In this document: piece after piece, positions 36,821 through 45,947 of the stretch | How positions within the stretch are numbered: the stretch's first letter is position 1 | Layout: each line of letters opens with the position of its first letter | Assembly (NCBI GenBank): GCA_959020415.1 | Contig: CAUERX010000001.1 | Span: 15,442-79,441 of the forward strand | DNA: 64,000 nt | From: an uncultured bacterium | GTDB taxonomy: Bacteria > Bacillota_I > Bacilli_A > RF39 > UBA660 | Reading direction: 5' to 3' | Notes under the pieces: generated by a model | Databases searched by the model: none | What the model was told of the DNA's origin: nothing | What the model saw: the letters and a program-made list of their open reading frames with translations, nothing else | Translations under genes and position numbers: made by a program

Positions 36821-37490
36821 ATCAACTAAACAGATTAAAGTCCCGGAATATGAAGAAGAGAAACGACTTTTAAAAGCAGTAGAACAAAAGCCTGTTGATA
36901 ATAGAATTGTTTTCTCTTTTTCTTTTTTTCAAAAACATAGTATAAGGCTTGGCGATTTTAATAATTTTTATCCAAATATCAATAGTTCTTTAAAAGCTGT
37001 TAGTGATTTTTTTGAAACTATTACTTTAATTTCTAAATATGAGAAAAGTCATTTTTTTTCTCCTGAAACAAAAAAGCAATTTCATTATAATGAATTTACT
37101 GATAATGATATAATAGATAAAATTGAAAACATACTTATTAGAGGTTATAATATGCCGCGACAAAAGGTAGATCAATTTGAGCGACTTTTCTTTGAATTTT
37201 CTTTTTATGATGGTAAGAGAGTAATTGGTACTAAAATATATGGAAATTTATTTGAAATACTATTTATTGATTGTAATCACATGATTTGTAAGGATAGTAG
37301 TCGTAATTTAAAAATGAAAGAAGTATATAAAGTTCCTAGCGCTTTTAAAAAGGAAAATTTAAGTGAAGATGTTGAAGAATATGGAAAAATGGAGTTGATA
37401 GAAATGCTAGTGGGAATGGGTCGTTCTGGATTTTACGGAACAATTGAAGAATTTATTAAAGATTTTGATGATTTATTAGAAAAGGTATAG
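36810..37490 (+). CDS. Unknown protein overlapping the Panacea gene by 11 nt; candidate cognate toxin
   Basis: Its ATG lies inside the last codons of the upstream gene (ATGGGATATAA). No recognisable domain. No good SD, so the exact start is uncertain. Confidence 0.5.
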   Translation: MGYKSTKQIKVPEYEEEKRLLKAVEQKPVDNRIVFSFSFFQKHSIRLGDFNNFYPNINSSLKAVSDFFETITLISKYEKSHFFSPETKKQFHYNEFTDNDIIDKIENILIRGYNMPRQKVDQFERLFFEFSFYDGKRVIGTKIYGNLFEILFIDCNHMICKDSSRNLKMKEVYKVPSAFKKENLSEDVEEYGKMELIEMLVGMGRSGFYGTIEEFIKDFDDLLEKV

Positions 37491-37500
37491 TTTGTCTTTA

Positions 37501-37857
37501 TTAATAGTATTTTTCTTTGATATTATTAAACGGGAAATTTGAACTTAAAACTAAAGGTTTACAAGAAACAATATTAATATTATATTTATTTTTTAATACT
37601 ATTTTTGAATTTTCAATTATATTGTTCCATTCATTGTTAGTATATTTTATCTCGCCTAGACTACTATTGGCTAGGCTATAGTAATCAGTATTATCACCGC
37701 GATAATATTTAAACCACAACATTATAAAATGGGCTATATCTTCGGATAGCCTTTTTTGTTTATATTTTTTCTCATGCTCAAAGAAAATATCTAACTTCTT
37801 CTCTCTGGCACCTTCAATGTCTTTATCGTTTTCAGGACATATTTTATTTGTGTACAT
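37501..37857 (-). CDS. Conserved element-backbone protein of unknown function (118 aa)
   Basis: Paralog of 43712-44068 (SEDIAH..MLW.KYYR.DNTDY...ANSS...YTN.EWN.IIENSKI.LK.KYNI). GAGGTGA SD. Confidence 0.55.
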   Translation of the reverse strand: MYTNKICPENDKDIEGAREKKLDIFFEHEKKYKQKRLSEDIAHFIMLWFKYYRGDNTDYYSLANSSLGEIKYTNNEWNNIIENSKIVLKNKYNINIVSCKPLVLSSNFPFNNIKEKYY

Positions 37858-38009
37858 AATGTCACCTCGCACGCATACGCAGAGTATGCTATTAATTGCG
37901 ATTATATAGTGATTGTTTCATCTTGTCAAGGACTTTTTCCATACAATGAGTATGGAAAAAGATAAAACTATGCCATTCGTATTGTGTGCTTTATTAGAGG
38001 TGTTAAAAT

Positions 38010-38222
38010 ATGAAAATAGTGGCTAATGATTATGAAGAAAAAGAAGTAATGAAAATATTAAGAGAATGGTCAGAGAAAAAGCAAGAGGATTTCGGTAAGG
38101 AAATTGGTGTAAGTGGTATGACTATTCAAGGTTATGAACGAGGTATTAGGCGATATACTTTTGAAACTTTAATGAAAATTGCTAAAAAATATGGTTATAA
38201 AGTAACCATCGAAAAGAAATAA
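38010..38222 (+). CDS. Small HTH (XRE-like) regulator, element C
   Basis: QEDFGKEIGVSGMTIQGYERG helix-turn-helix. Divergent from the 118-aa backbone gene. Confidence 0.65.
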   Translation: MKIVANDYEEKEVMKILREWSEKKQEDFGKEIGVSGMTIQGYERGIRRYTFETLMKIAKKYGYKVTIEKK

Positions 38223-38230
38223 TATAAAAA

Positions 38231-38284
38231 AGATTGTAGAAAGATTATAAAAGGATTATAGAAAGACTATAAATTAGATTGACG
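38231..38284. repeat. Four to five tandem 11-bp iteron-like repeats
   Basis: AGATTGTAGAA AGATTATAAAA GGATTATAGAA AGACTATAAAT TAGATTGACG, just upstream of the extended -10 TGTGTATAAT. Confidence 0.6.
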
Positions 38285-38445
38285 ATTTAATTTTTAAGGG
38301 TTAAAATGTGTATAATAGCTAATCATTTTAGTAAAAGGTGATGGCTATTTTTTTGTTCTCTAATTAGGGAATTTCGGACATTTTAGAAAGGAGGATATTA
38401 AAATGTCAAATAACATGATAAAATGTAACATGAAAGGAGGTAAAA

Positions 38446-38739
38446 ATGTCCTATAGGGAAATATTTAAAGTTATTTCAAAAGCATGGTCAAGTGTCGAAG
38501 ACATCATGGCTATTGCAGGTTGTGGTAGAACGGGAGCTACAACGATTAGAGAAACAGTAATTAAAAATATAAGGAAAGAAAATAAAGAAATTCCTTATTG
38601 TAGAAAAAAAGTTGTACCAACAAAAAGAGTTATTGAATTACTTGATTTAGATGTAGATTATATTAAGGATATGGCATTAAAAGAACAAGAATTAGAAAAT
38701 GCCAAGAGCAACGTTGATTATGCCTGTATATCAAGATAA
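38446..38739 (+). CDS. Small DNA-binding protein upstream of the integrase (excisionase/RDF candidate), element C
   Basis: Paralog of 45657-45947. Overlaps the integrase start. AGGAGG SD. Confidence 0.5.
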   Translation: MSYREIFKVISKAWSSVEDIMAIAGCGRTGATTIRETVIKNIRKENKEIPYCRKKVVPTKRVIELLDLDVDYIKDMALKEQELENAKSNVDYACISR

Positions 38740-39799
38740 AAATTCAAAACATTGGTACTACAGAGTATATGCGAATGATAGTTTAGGTAATAGAAAGCAA
38801 TATCAAAATGGTGGCTTTAAAACTAAAAAGGACGCTCTTGAAGCTGAAAGAAATTTTATAGTTGCTAATAAAGACGGTTATTGTGATATTACATTTGAAC
38901 AGTTATGGTTAATTTATAAGGAATATATAGAAACAAAATTAAAATATAATTCGATTAGAAGTATTAAAAACCGTATTGAAATACATGCGTTACCTTATTT
39001 CAAAGATTATAGGCTGGAAAAAATAACAGTTTCTGTATATGTAAAATGGCAAAAACAAATAGATGAAAAAGGTTATTGTTATAAATATAAAAGCGCAATC
39101 CATGGAGCAGTAAGAGCAATGCTAAATTATGCAGTTAGATTTTGTGGTCTTAAAGTTAACATTGCTAGTCAGGTTGGGAATTTTTCTAAACGTGATGAAA
39201 TACTAAAAGAATATAATATTTGGTCTTATGAAGAATTTAAACAATTTATTAGTGTCATTGATAATGATATGTATAAATTATTCTTTGAGGTTTTATATTT
39301 TACTGGAATAAGACAAGGTGAGTGTCTAGCACTTACTTGGAATGATTTACAAGATAACCATTTAATTATTAATAAAACATTAACAAGAAAAAAGGAAAAT
39401 GGTAAAAATATGGTAAATAGTCCAAAAACAGCAAAATCTAATCGCAAAGTAAAGATAGATAAAAAATTGTTAGATAGTTTTAAAAAGTTCAAAGAAAAAT
39501 GCCATAAATTTGTAGAATTTGATGATAGTTGGTACATATTTGGATGTTTAAAGCCGCTTGTTACAACCACAGTAGCACGAAAAAAAGATAAGTATTGTGC
39601 ATTAGCAAATGTTAAGAAAATAAAAATACACGACTTTAGGCATAGTCATGTATCTTTGTTATTATCACAGGGCGTTCCTATCACAGTCATCGCCAAACGA
39701 CTATGACACTCTGATATAGAAATGACACTCAATACTTATTCACATTTATTACCGGGTGATGAGGACAAAGCTATAAATGTTCTCAATAACTTGGAATAA
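38720..39799 (+). pseudogene. Tyrosine integrase with a premature TGA (element C)
   Basis: GGA to TGA at 39704-39706, within the conserved RLGH (remnant A has CGACTAGGACAC; here CGACTATGACAC). The stop lies upstream of the catalytic Tyr (LNTYSH), which continues in frame to 39799. Confidence 0.85.
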
Positions 39800-39896
39800 A
39801 AAATAAAGCCTCTTAAAATCACATAAGGGATTTTTAAGAAATATAATGAGTGATTATATAATTAACCCCTTGAAAAACAAGGGTAATTAACAATAA

Positions 39897-39913
39897 TGGT
39901 GGAGAATAAGGGA
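39897..39913. repeat. att repeat copy 4 (C/D junction)
   Basis: TGGTGGAGAATAAGGGA, preceded by CCCTTGaaaaaCAAGGG and TAATTAAC. Confidence 0.85.
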
Positions 39914-40048
39914 CAAAGTATTATGTTTCGATATAATTCGTTTCCTTGATTTTAAAGGCATTTTGTTAATTATATAAATGTTTAAATACTGAAGAAAGAT
40001 GTTTATTTCTGAATTTTTAAGAACTCTTTAAGGAGGAGAAAATTAGAA

Positions 40049-40729
40049 ATGTCAGTATTTAGAATTGAAAAAAACAAAAATTATACAGTGATGTCAAATC
40101 ATCACTTAAAAGATAAAAATTTAAGTCTTAAAGCAAAGGGTTTATTATCATTTATGTTAAGTTTACCAGATGACTGGGACTATTCAATGAATGGGTTAGT
40201 AGCAGTAAATAAAGAAAATATTAGTGCTATAAGAACAGCTTTGCACGAATTAGAAGAAAATAATTATTTAAAAAGAATAAGACAACAAAAGGAAAATGGT
40301 AAATTTGTATATGAATATATTATTTATGAAGAGCCACCGTATATAGATTTTCTGCATACGGTAAATCCGTATACGGAAAATCATACACAAATAAATACTA
40401 ATATACAAAATACGGATAACAAAGATAAATATGATAAACAAGAATTTCCAATAATAAAAGAATTAATAAATAGAAATTTTATAGATAAGAATGATTTAGA
40501 TATTCCAAAATATTATGATTTATTAAACGAATTATTAGAAGAATATGATTATTATGATGTAGTTAAAGTTTGTGGGTATATTGCTGATAAATGGAAAGAT
40601 AATAATGGTTTTGATGAGAATGGGTTACCTATTGAAAATAAGTATGGTTATTTTAAAGCCTCATTAATTAATAATTTGGAGAAAATTAATAACTATGTTG
40701 AATTAGATTATGAGGACTTGTCTATATGA
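40049..40729 (+). CDS. Winged-helix replication-initiator-like protein, element D
   Basis: Paralog of 35414-36079. AAGGAGGAG SD. Confidence 0.6.
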   Translation: MSVFRIEKNKNYTVMSNHHLKDKNLSLKAKGLLSFMLSLPDDWDYSMNGLVAVNKENISAIRTALHELEENNYLKRIRQQKENGKFVYEYIIYEEPPYIDFLHTVNPYTENHTQINTNIQNTDNKDKYDKQEFPIIKELINRNFIDKNDLDIPKYYDLLNELLEEYDYYDVVKVCGYIADKWKDNNGFDENGLPIENKYGYFKASLINNLEKINNYVELDYEDLSI

Positions 40730-41958
40730 GTTATGCTATATTTAGAGTACAGGCCATTAATACTGTGAGAGATTTATCACAAATAGGTATTCATAATCAG
40801 AGAAAAAAACAAGCATATAAAAGTAACCCAGATATTGATATTAGTAAATCAAAAGACAATATAACTTTGGTGGCTTGTGAGGATAAGTATTTGCAGGCTT
40901 TTGATAGAATGACTAAAGAATATAAAATGCAACACGAAGAAAGAATGAAAACAATGCGAGAAGATCGAAAGAAAAGTTATCATAAAATGTTAGATAGTTC
41001 AAATAGTGTGGTTGCTGATGAATTTCTTTTTACAGCAACCTCTCGCTTTTTTAAGGGAATGAGTAAATCTGAAATTATGAAGTGGGCTGATGGTTGTATG
41101 GACTTTGTTTATAATGAGTTAGGTTATAAAAAGGAACAAGTCTTACATTCAGTAATTCATATGGATGAAAAAACACCACACATTCATTGTGTGGTTGTTC
41201 CTTTAATTAAAAAATATGATAAAAGATGTAAGAAAGAAAAATATACTATATCTAAAAAGGCTTATATCAAAAATAACGAGCATTTAAGCGAGCTTCAAGA
41301 TAGGTACTGTAAATTACTCAATGATAGAGGTTTCGCCCTAGAAAGGGGCATAAAAGGCAGTAAAAATGTTAATATGAATGTTAAGCTATTCAGGCAAGTT
41401 ACTAAAAAATTAAATAATGAAATTAGTAGAGATAATATTGAGCTAGCTAAAGAGTTAAATGATTTAGATAATAAGATGAAATCATCGAAAGAATTAGTTA
41501 TTAATAAAGAGTATGTCAAAGTTAAAAAAGATACTTTTGATAGTATGAATATAGTTATTGATAAGTCTAAAGAAATTATAAATAAAGCACCTGTTTTAGA
41601 TAATTTAATGGATGTAGCGAATGAATGTGTTAATGGTTACAAAGAATTAGAAAAAGAAAATAAAAAATTAACTAAAAAAGTTAATAATTTGCAATATAAA
41701 AATAATGAACTTAAAGAAGAAAATAGAAACCTTAAAAACTATATTTATAATTTATTACAAGGTTTTAAAAAATGGTTTAATAAAATACTTCATTTAGGAG
41801 CAGAACAAGATAAAGAACAAGTTGTTGAAGAAATTAATGATTATTATGATAGTGGTTTTTATGATAAATATGATTTAGAAGATATTACTCATAATACAAC
41901 AAAAGAAAAGGAGATAGAAAAAAACATTTATGATGACTATGATATACCTAGTTTATAA
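40726..41958 (+). CDS. MobV-family (Mob/Pre) relaxase
   Basis: N-terminal MSYAIFR...HNQR and HMDEKTPHIHCVVVP (HxDE...PHxH) motifs, coiled-coil C-terminus. Confidence 0.85.
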   Translation: MSYAIFRVQAINTVRDLSQIGIHNQRKKQAYKSNPDIDISKSKDNITLVACEDKYLQAFDRMTKEYKMQHEERMKTMREDRKKSYHKMLDSSNSVVADEFLFTATSRFFKGMSKSEIMKWADGCMDFVYNELGYKKEQVLHSVIHMDEKTPHIHCVVVPLIKKYDKRCKKEKYTISKKAYIKNNEHLSELQDRYCKLLNDRGFALERGIKGSKNVNMNVKLFRQVTKKLNNEISRDNIELAKELNDLDNKMKSSKELVINKEYVKVKKDTFDSMNIVIDKSKEIINKAPVLDNLMDVANECVNGYKELEKENKKLTKKVNNLQYKNNELKEENRNLKNYIYNLLQGFKKWFNKILHLGAEQDKEQVVEEINDYYDSGFYDKYDLEDITHNTTKEKEIEKNIYDDYDIPSL

Positions 41959-42162
41959 TTGAAAATAAAGGAAAAATATGGTAAAATATATTTAGATTTA
42001 TGCAGTATTAAAATTTATGATTTTAATACTGCTGTTTTTAGAAATGATATAATGAAAAACTATTTAAACAATAAAAAAACAAATGAATTTCCAATTACCA
42101 GTTTTAATTATTTTTTTAGTAATTGCAGTCTTAGTATTTATATTGTTTTACGGAGGTAAAGA

Positions 42163-42795
42163 ATGGCTAACGGTGTTTGTAAAATAAAAAAAATAAGTCC
42201 TAAAATATGTATGTTATTATTTTTGCTATTTTTATTATTTATATGTTGTATGTTAATTACAATAGATTATAACAATAGTTTATCAAGGATGGGGTTAAGA
42301 GTAGATAATTTTAATTGGGAATTAATTAGTATTTTGGTAAATGCTTTAGTGTTATTGTTGGTTTTTATTTTAACGTATTTGTTAATTGATATTTATAATG
42401 TTGAAAAAAATAAAAATAAGAGGAATATAGTAAAACAATTATTAAAAAATGATTATGAAGCGTGTTTACGTTATTTGGATATCCTTTTAGATAAAGAACA
42501 GTTGGTTTATATTTGTAATAAAGTTGATAAAGATAAATTGTTGTGGGAAAACAAGGCATTATTAGAATATGTTGAAAAAACTTTTAACAATGAAAAAATG
42601 ATAGTTGACTATGCTTCACAGGGTGTTGTTGATAGTGAATTGTTTGAAAATTATAATCGTGTTAAAAACACATATAAAGATTTTTTTGTAGGTTTGGTTT
42701 GTTTTAGCGATATTGATGAAAGAATTAGCGGTGAATTTGATAATTGGAATAGCCAGTTAAAGAAGGATATAAAAAAAATATTGGATGAATTATAA
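42163..42795 (+). CDS. Two-TM membrane protein with a cytoplasmic helical domain, unknown function
   Basis: GGAGGT SD. TM helices at about residues 17-35 and 52-75. Confidence 0.5.
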   Translation: MANGVCKIKKISPKICMLLFLLFLLFICCMLITIDYNNSLSRMGLRVDNFNWELISILVNALVLLLVFILTYLLIDIYNVEKNKNKRNIVKQLLKNDYEACLRYLDILLDKEQLVYICNKVDKDKLLWENKALLEYVEKTFNNEKMIVDYASQGVVDSELFENYNRVKNTYKDFFVGLVCFSDIDERISGEFDNWNSQLKKDIKKILDEL

Positions 42796-42835
42796 ATAAA
42801 TATATTACAAAATTATAATGTTAGGGAGTGAGATA

Positions 42836-43615
42836 ATGGATTTATTAGATAAGGATAAATTTTATAAAGTTTTAACAGAACCTACTATGGAAAATTTTAG
42901 ATTTTTGTTACAAAATCATACAGGAGAAGAAGATTATTTAGATTTTAAAGCGGACTGGGAAAGTAATGAGAAAATTGCGAAACATTTGTTGGCTTTAGCT
43001 AATTCTGGAGGTGGGTGTATAGTTTTTGGTGTTAAGCAGGAACTTGATGGAACATTTACCATAAAGGGGCTTTCAAGTTTAAATGATCCGTCTAAATTAA
43101 AAGAGGGAATAAAAGGTAAAATTCCTAATACTTTAAAATATCATATCAAAGATTTTGAGTATAAGTCTGCTGAATATGCTGCTATGAAAAACAAAAAATT
43201 TCAATTATTAATTGTAGAGGATGATCCAAAAAATTTGCCATTTGTATGTTGCAGTAATGGCAAAGATATAAAAGATGGTGCTATATATGTTAGAGATCAT
43301 ACAGAAAGTGTTTTGGCTAACAGTTATCAAATAGATGAAATTATTAATAGGAAATTGAATGCTAAAAAAATACCTAAAGATAGAAATATGGATTTAGATG
43401 AGCACCTTAAGCAATTAAAAATTTTATATAATGAATTAACTTATGTTGAAAGAAATGGTGGACTTATATTTAATTTTGGAGCTATAATGAAAAATATTAT
43501 TGGAAATGGTATGGTTGTTAAAAAAGAAATGTATCCAAAAGAAGATTATGAAGATTTTATTGTAAGAGTTTTAAATTCCAAGAAAAAAAGAATAGAAGAA
43601 GAATTGGATATTTAA
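42836..43615 (+). CDS. AlbA_2 (Schlafen-like) domain protein
   Basis: EEDYLDFKADW....IAKHLLALANSGGGCIVFGV..ELDG...IKGL matches the AlbA_2 core (E.K....AFAN..GG.L..GV.D.G...G). GGGAGTGAG SD before the ATG at 42836. Confidence 0.6.
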   Translation: MDLLDKDKFYKVLTEPTMENFRFLLQNHTGEEDYLDFKADWESNEKIAKHLLALANSGGGCIVFGVKQELDGTFTIKGLSSLNDPSKLKEGIKGKIPNTLKYHIKDFEYKSAEYAAMKNKKFQLLIVEDDPKNLPFVCCSNGKDIKDGAIYVRDHTESVLANSYQIDEIINRKLNAKKIPKDRNMDLDEHLKQLKILYNELTYVERNGGLIFNFGAIMKNIIGNGMVVKKEMYPKEDYEDFIVRVLNSKKKRIEEELDI

Positions 43616-43711
43616 TTATAGTAACACACTACGCTATTGGCAGAGCCAATAGCGATTTTCCTAGCGTAAACAATGTAAGTAATTGGTTTAGCTCTAATGA
43701 GCTAAACCTTT

Positions 43712-44068
43712 TTAATATAAGTTTTCATTGATTTGATTAAATGGAACTGGAGAACTTAATATTAGTGGTTTGTCAGAAATAATAGATATGTTATATTTTT
43801 CCTTTAATATAATTTTAGAGTTTTCTATAATTTTATTCCATTCCTGATTAGTGTAACAATTATCGGCTGTACTGCTGTTAGCCATTCCTAGATAATCTGT
43901 GTTATCTTCTCTGTAATATTTTAGCCATAACATTGCATAATGAGCTATATCTTCGGAAATTCTAACTGCTTTATATGCGTTATATCTGTCATACATTAAA
44001 TCTAGTTTTTTTAATTTTTCTCCAGCAATGTCTTTGCCATCATCTTCTGTTAATTCATTGTAATACAT
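43712..44068 (-). CDS. Conserved element-backbone protein of unknown function (118 aa), element D copy
   Basis: Paralog of 37501-37857. GAGGAGGGA SD. Confidence 0.55.
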   Translation of the reverse strand: MYYNELTEDDGKDIAGEKLKKLDLMYDRYNAYKAVRISEDIAHYAMLWLKYYREDNTDYLGMANSSTADNCYTNQEWNKIIENSKIILKEKYNISIISDKPLILSSPVPFNQINENLY

Positions 44069-44191
44069 TATTTCCCTCCTCTCATCTTTCACTTATAGTG
44101 GAAGTATTGTAAAAATTATCTCATATTCATTATACAATTGTCAAGACTATGAGTGGTATCACTTTTGGTGATATATGGGAGGTTAATGAGT

Positions 44192-44410
44192 ATGAGGGCA
44201 GAAATAACAAAATTAGAGCCAAAAGATATTTTATTATTGATAAGAGAATGGGATGAGGAAACCCAAGAAGAGTTTGCAAAATCAGTTCATAGGAGTTATT
44301 CATCAATTACTAAAATGGAAACAGGGGATAGAAATATTTATTTGCATACTTTTCTTGAATGGTGTAAGTTAAAAGGGATTAAAGTAACTATGGAGAAAAT
44401 AAAAAGATAA
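44192..44410 (+). CDS. Small HTH regulator, element D (paralog of 38010-38222)
   Basis: LLIREWDEETQEEFAK aligns with ILREWSEKKQEDFGK. GGGAGG SD. Confidence 0.6.
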   Translation: MRAEITKLEPKDILLLIREWDEETQEEFAKSVHRSYSSITKMETGDRNIYLHTFLEWCKLKGIKVTMEKIKR

Positions 44411-44423
44411 CGGGTTCAGTAAT

Positions 44424-45041
44424 TTATTCGTTATCTTTTTTATTTAATTCTAAATTAGAATATGTTATATAGGTTGGTTTTGATTTATTATCGTGTAAGG
44501 TGCTTCTTTCTATTAACGTATCGAATTTAGGATATTTACTTTTGTCGAATTTTTCTAAATTAGGTTTCATTAAACGAGATACTTCTTTTAATTGTTCTAG
44601 TATTTCTTCCATTGTAATTTGATTATTATAAAATTCGGGGTGTTCTATTCTATCAATTAAATCAACATATATATTTTTGCATTCTAAAGCATTCCTTCTT
44701 CTTTTATCAATATCATCTAAAACATCAGAATAAAACTTTTGATAACTTTCTATTGCCTTGCGATAATCTTCGGTAGATCGTTTTTCCTCCCTGTTTCTTC
44801 CCCAGTTTATATCTATATCACTATAACCAGCTAATTCCATAAGTTTTACTAAACTTAAGTCTAATACTTCGGCTATTCCTTTTAAATATAAAACATTTGG
44901 TTTTTGCCTTTTACCAGCTTCAATTCTTGATACTTCAGCGCTATCCATATTTGCAAGTTTAGCTAATTGTCTTTGTGATATACCTTTACTCTCACGAGCT
45001 GTTGAAATTAATTGACCTAATTCAGTTTGATTTTTAGCCAT
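44424..45041 (-). CDS. XRE/cI-type HTH repressor with a C-terminal domain
   Basis: GISQRQLAKLANMDSAEVSRIEAGKR HTH. AAGAGG SD before the ATG at 45041. Confidence 0.8.
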   Translation of the reverse strand: MAKNQTELGQLISTARESKGISQRQLAKLANMDSAEVSRIEAGKRQKPNVLYLKGIAEVLDLSLVKLMELAGYSDIDINWGRNREEKRSTEDYRKAIESYQKFYSDVLDDIDKRRRNALECKNIYVDLIDRIEHPEFYNNQITMEEILEQLKEVSRLMKPNLEKFDKSKYPKFDTLIERSTLHDNKSKPTYITYSNLELNKKDNE

Positions 45042-45120
45042 AATAAACACCTCTTTTTCACTTGCTGTTGATAGTTTATCACAAAATGATGTAAAAATCA
45101 ATATTTTTTTCAAAAAAGTG

Positions 45121-45176
45121 TTGACAATTACATCAATAGAGTATATACTATTTTGCAAATGATGTAATTTACATCA
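45121..45176 (+). promoter_or_regulatory. Divergent-switch promoter with operator-like repeats
   Basis: TTGACA (45121), 17 nt, TATACT (45144). Half-site TTACATCA at 45128. Perfect palindrome TGATGTAA-T-TTACATCA at 45160-45176. Confidence 0.5.
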
Positions 45177-45214
45177 CTAGAAAGGAGGGAAAAATACTGA
45201 ATAAAGTACAACAC

Positions 45215-45457
45215 TTGATACCTGACAAAGTCTGGAAAGACAAAAGGGTAAAGTCAGAAGGTAAACTGATATATAGTTATCTATATACCAAGTCCAATGG
45301 TAGATTACTCACAAACTTAAATGTCGGGGAGTTACAACAAGTAGTTCAAATAAGTAATCAAGGGCTTAAAAGAAATCTTGAAAAACTGGAACAAACCAAA
45401 TATCTATTCTACAAAGAATATGATACAGGGATGTATACCATACATTTACTAAAATAG
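45215..45457 (+). CDS. Small winged-helix-like protein (cro/antirepressor position)
   Basis: Divergent from the repressor. TTG start with a GGAGGG SD. Weak support. Confidence 0.4.
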   Translation: MIPDKVWKDKRVKSEGKLIYSYLYTKSNGRLLTNLNVGELQQVVQISNQGLKRNLEKLEQTKYLFYKEYDTGMYTIHLLK

Positions 45458-45656
45458 TTAAAACATTTAGTAATATTAGGTACAGTAAGATGAAAGGCTT
45501 ATGTTAGTACCTTTTCTATAAAACATATAGAATAAAATTTCTAAAACATCAAAGGGAATAACAATTATTCCCTTATAGGGGTACTCTGCCTTTTTGATAA
45601 AGTATACAATTTTGTAATCACTCGTGATAAAATGAATATCGGAAAGGAGGATAGAT

Positions 45657-45947
45657 ATGTCTTATAGTGAATTGTTTAAAATATTATTAAAACCGTGGGC
45701 TAGTGTAAATGAAATAATGAGTATTGCTAACTGTGGCAAAGATAGTGCTACTCAAATAAGAGATAATATTATAGCTCAAATAAAAAAAGAAAATAAGGAA
45801 ATTCCTTATAGTAAAAAAATTGTAGTACCAACAGAAAAAGTTATTGAATATCTAAATCTTGATGTTGATGATATTAAGAATATGGCTTTCAGCGAACAAG
45901 AATTTATGAATTGTAGGACAAATGTAAATGCCAGTTTATCAAAATAA
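45657..45947 (+). CDS. Small DNA-binding protein upstream of the integrase (excisionase/RDF candidate), element D
   Basis: Paralog of 38446-38739. AAGGAGG SD. Confidence 0.5.
   Translation: MSYSELFKILLKPWASVNEIMSIANCGKDSATQIRDNIIAQIKKENKEIPYSKKIVVPTEKVIEYLNLDVDDIKNMAFSEQEFMNCRTNVNASLSK

Noticed and set aside
39704-39706. TGA inside the element C integrase might be read as Trp (genetic code 4, given possible Mollicutes-related ancestry).
   Set aside because: TGA terminates clearly complete genes here (for example 1864-1866 and 29459-29461). The aligned residue in paralogs is Gly in the conserved RLGH, so a nonsense mutation fits better.
41959-42159. 66-aa ORF, and an overlapping 34-codon hydrophobic ORF (MNFQLPVLIIFLVIAVLVFILFYGGKEWLTVFVK), between mob and the 2-TM gene.
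   Set aside because: Neither has a convincing SD. The 34-codon frame overlaps the well-supported start (GGAGGT SD) of the 42163 gene. It cannot be excluded as a small membrane protein, but support is weak.
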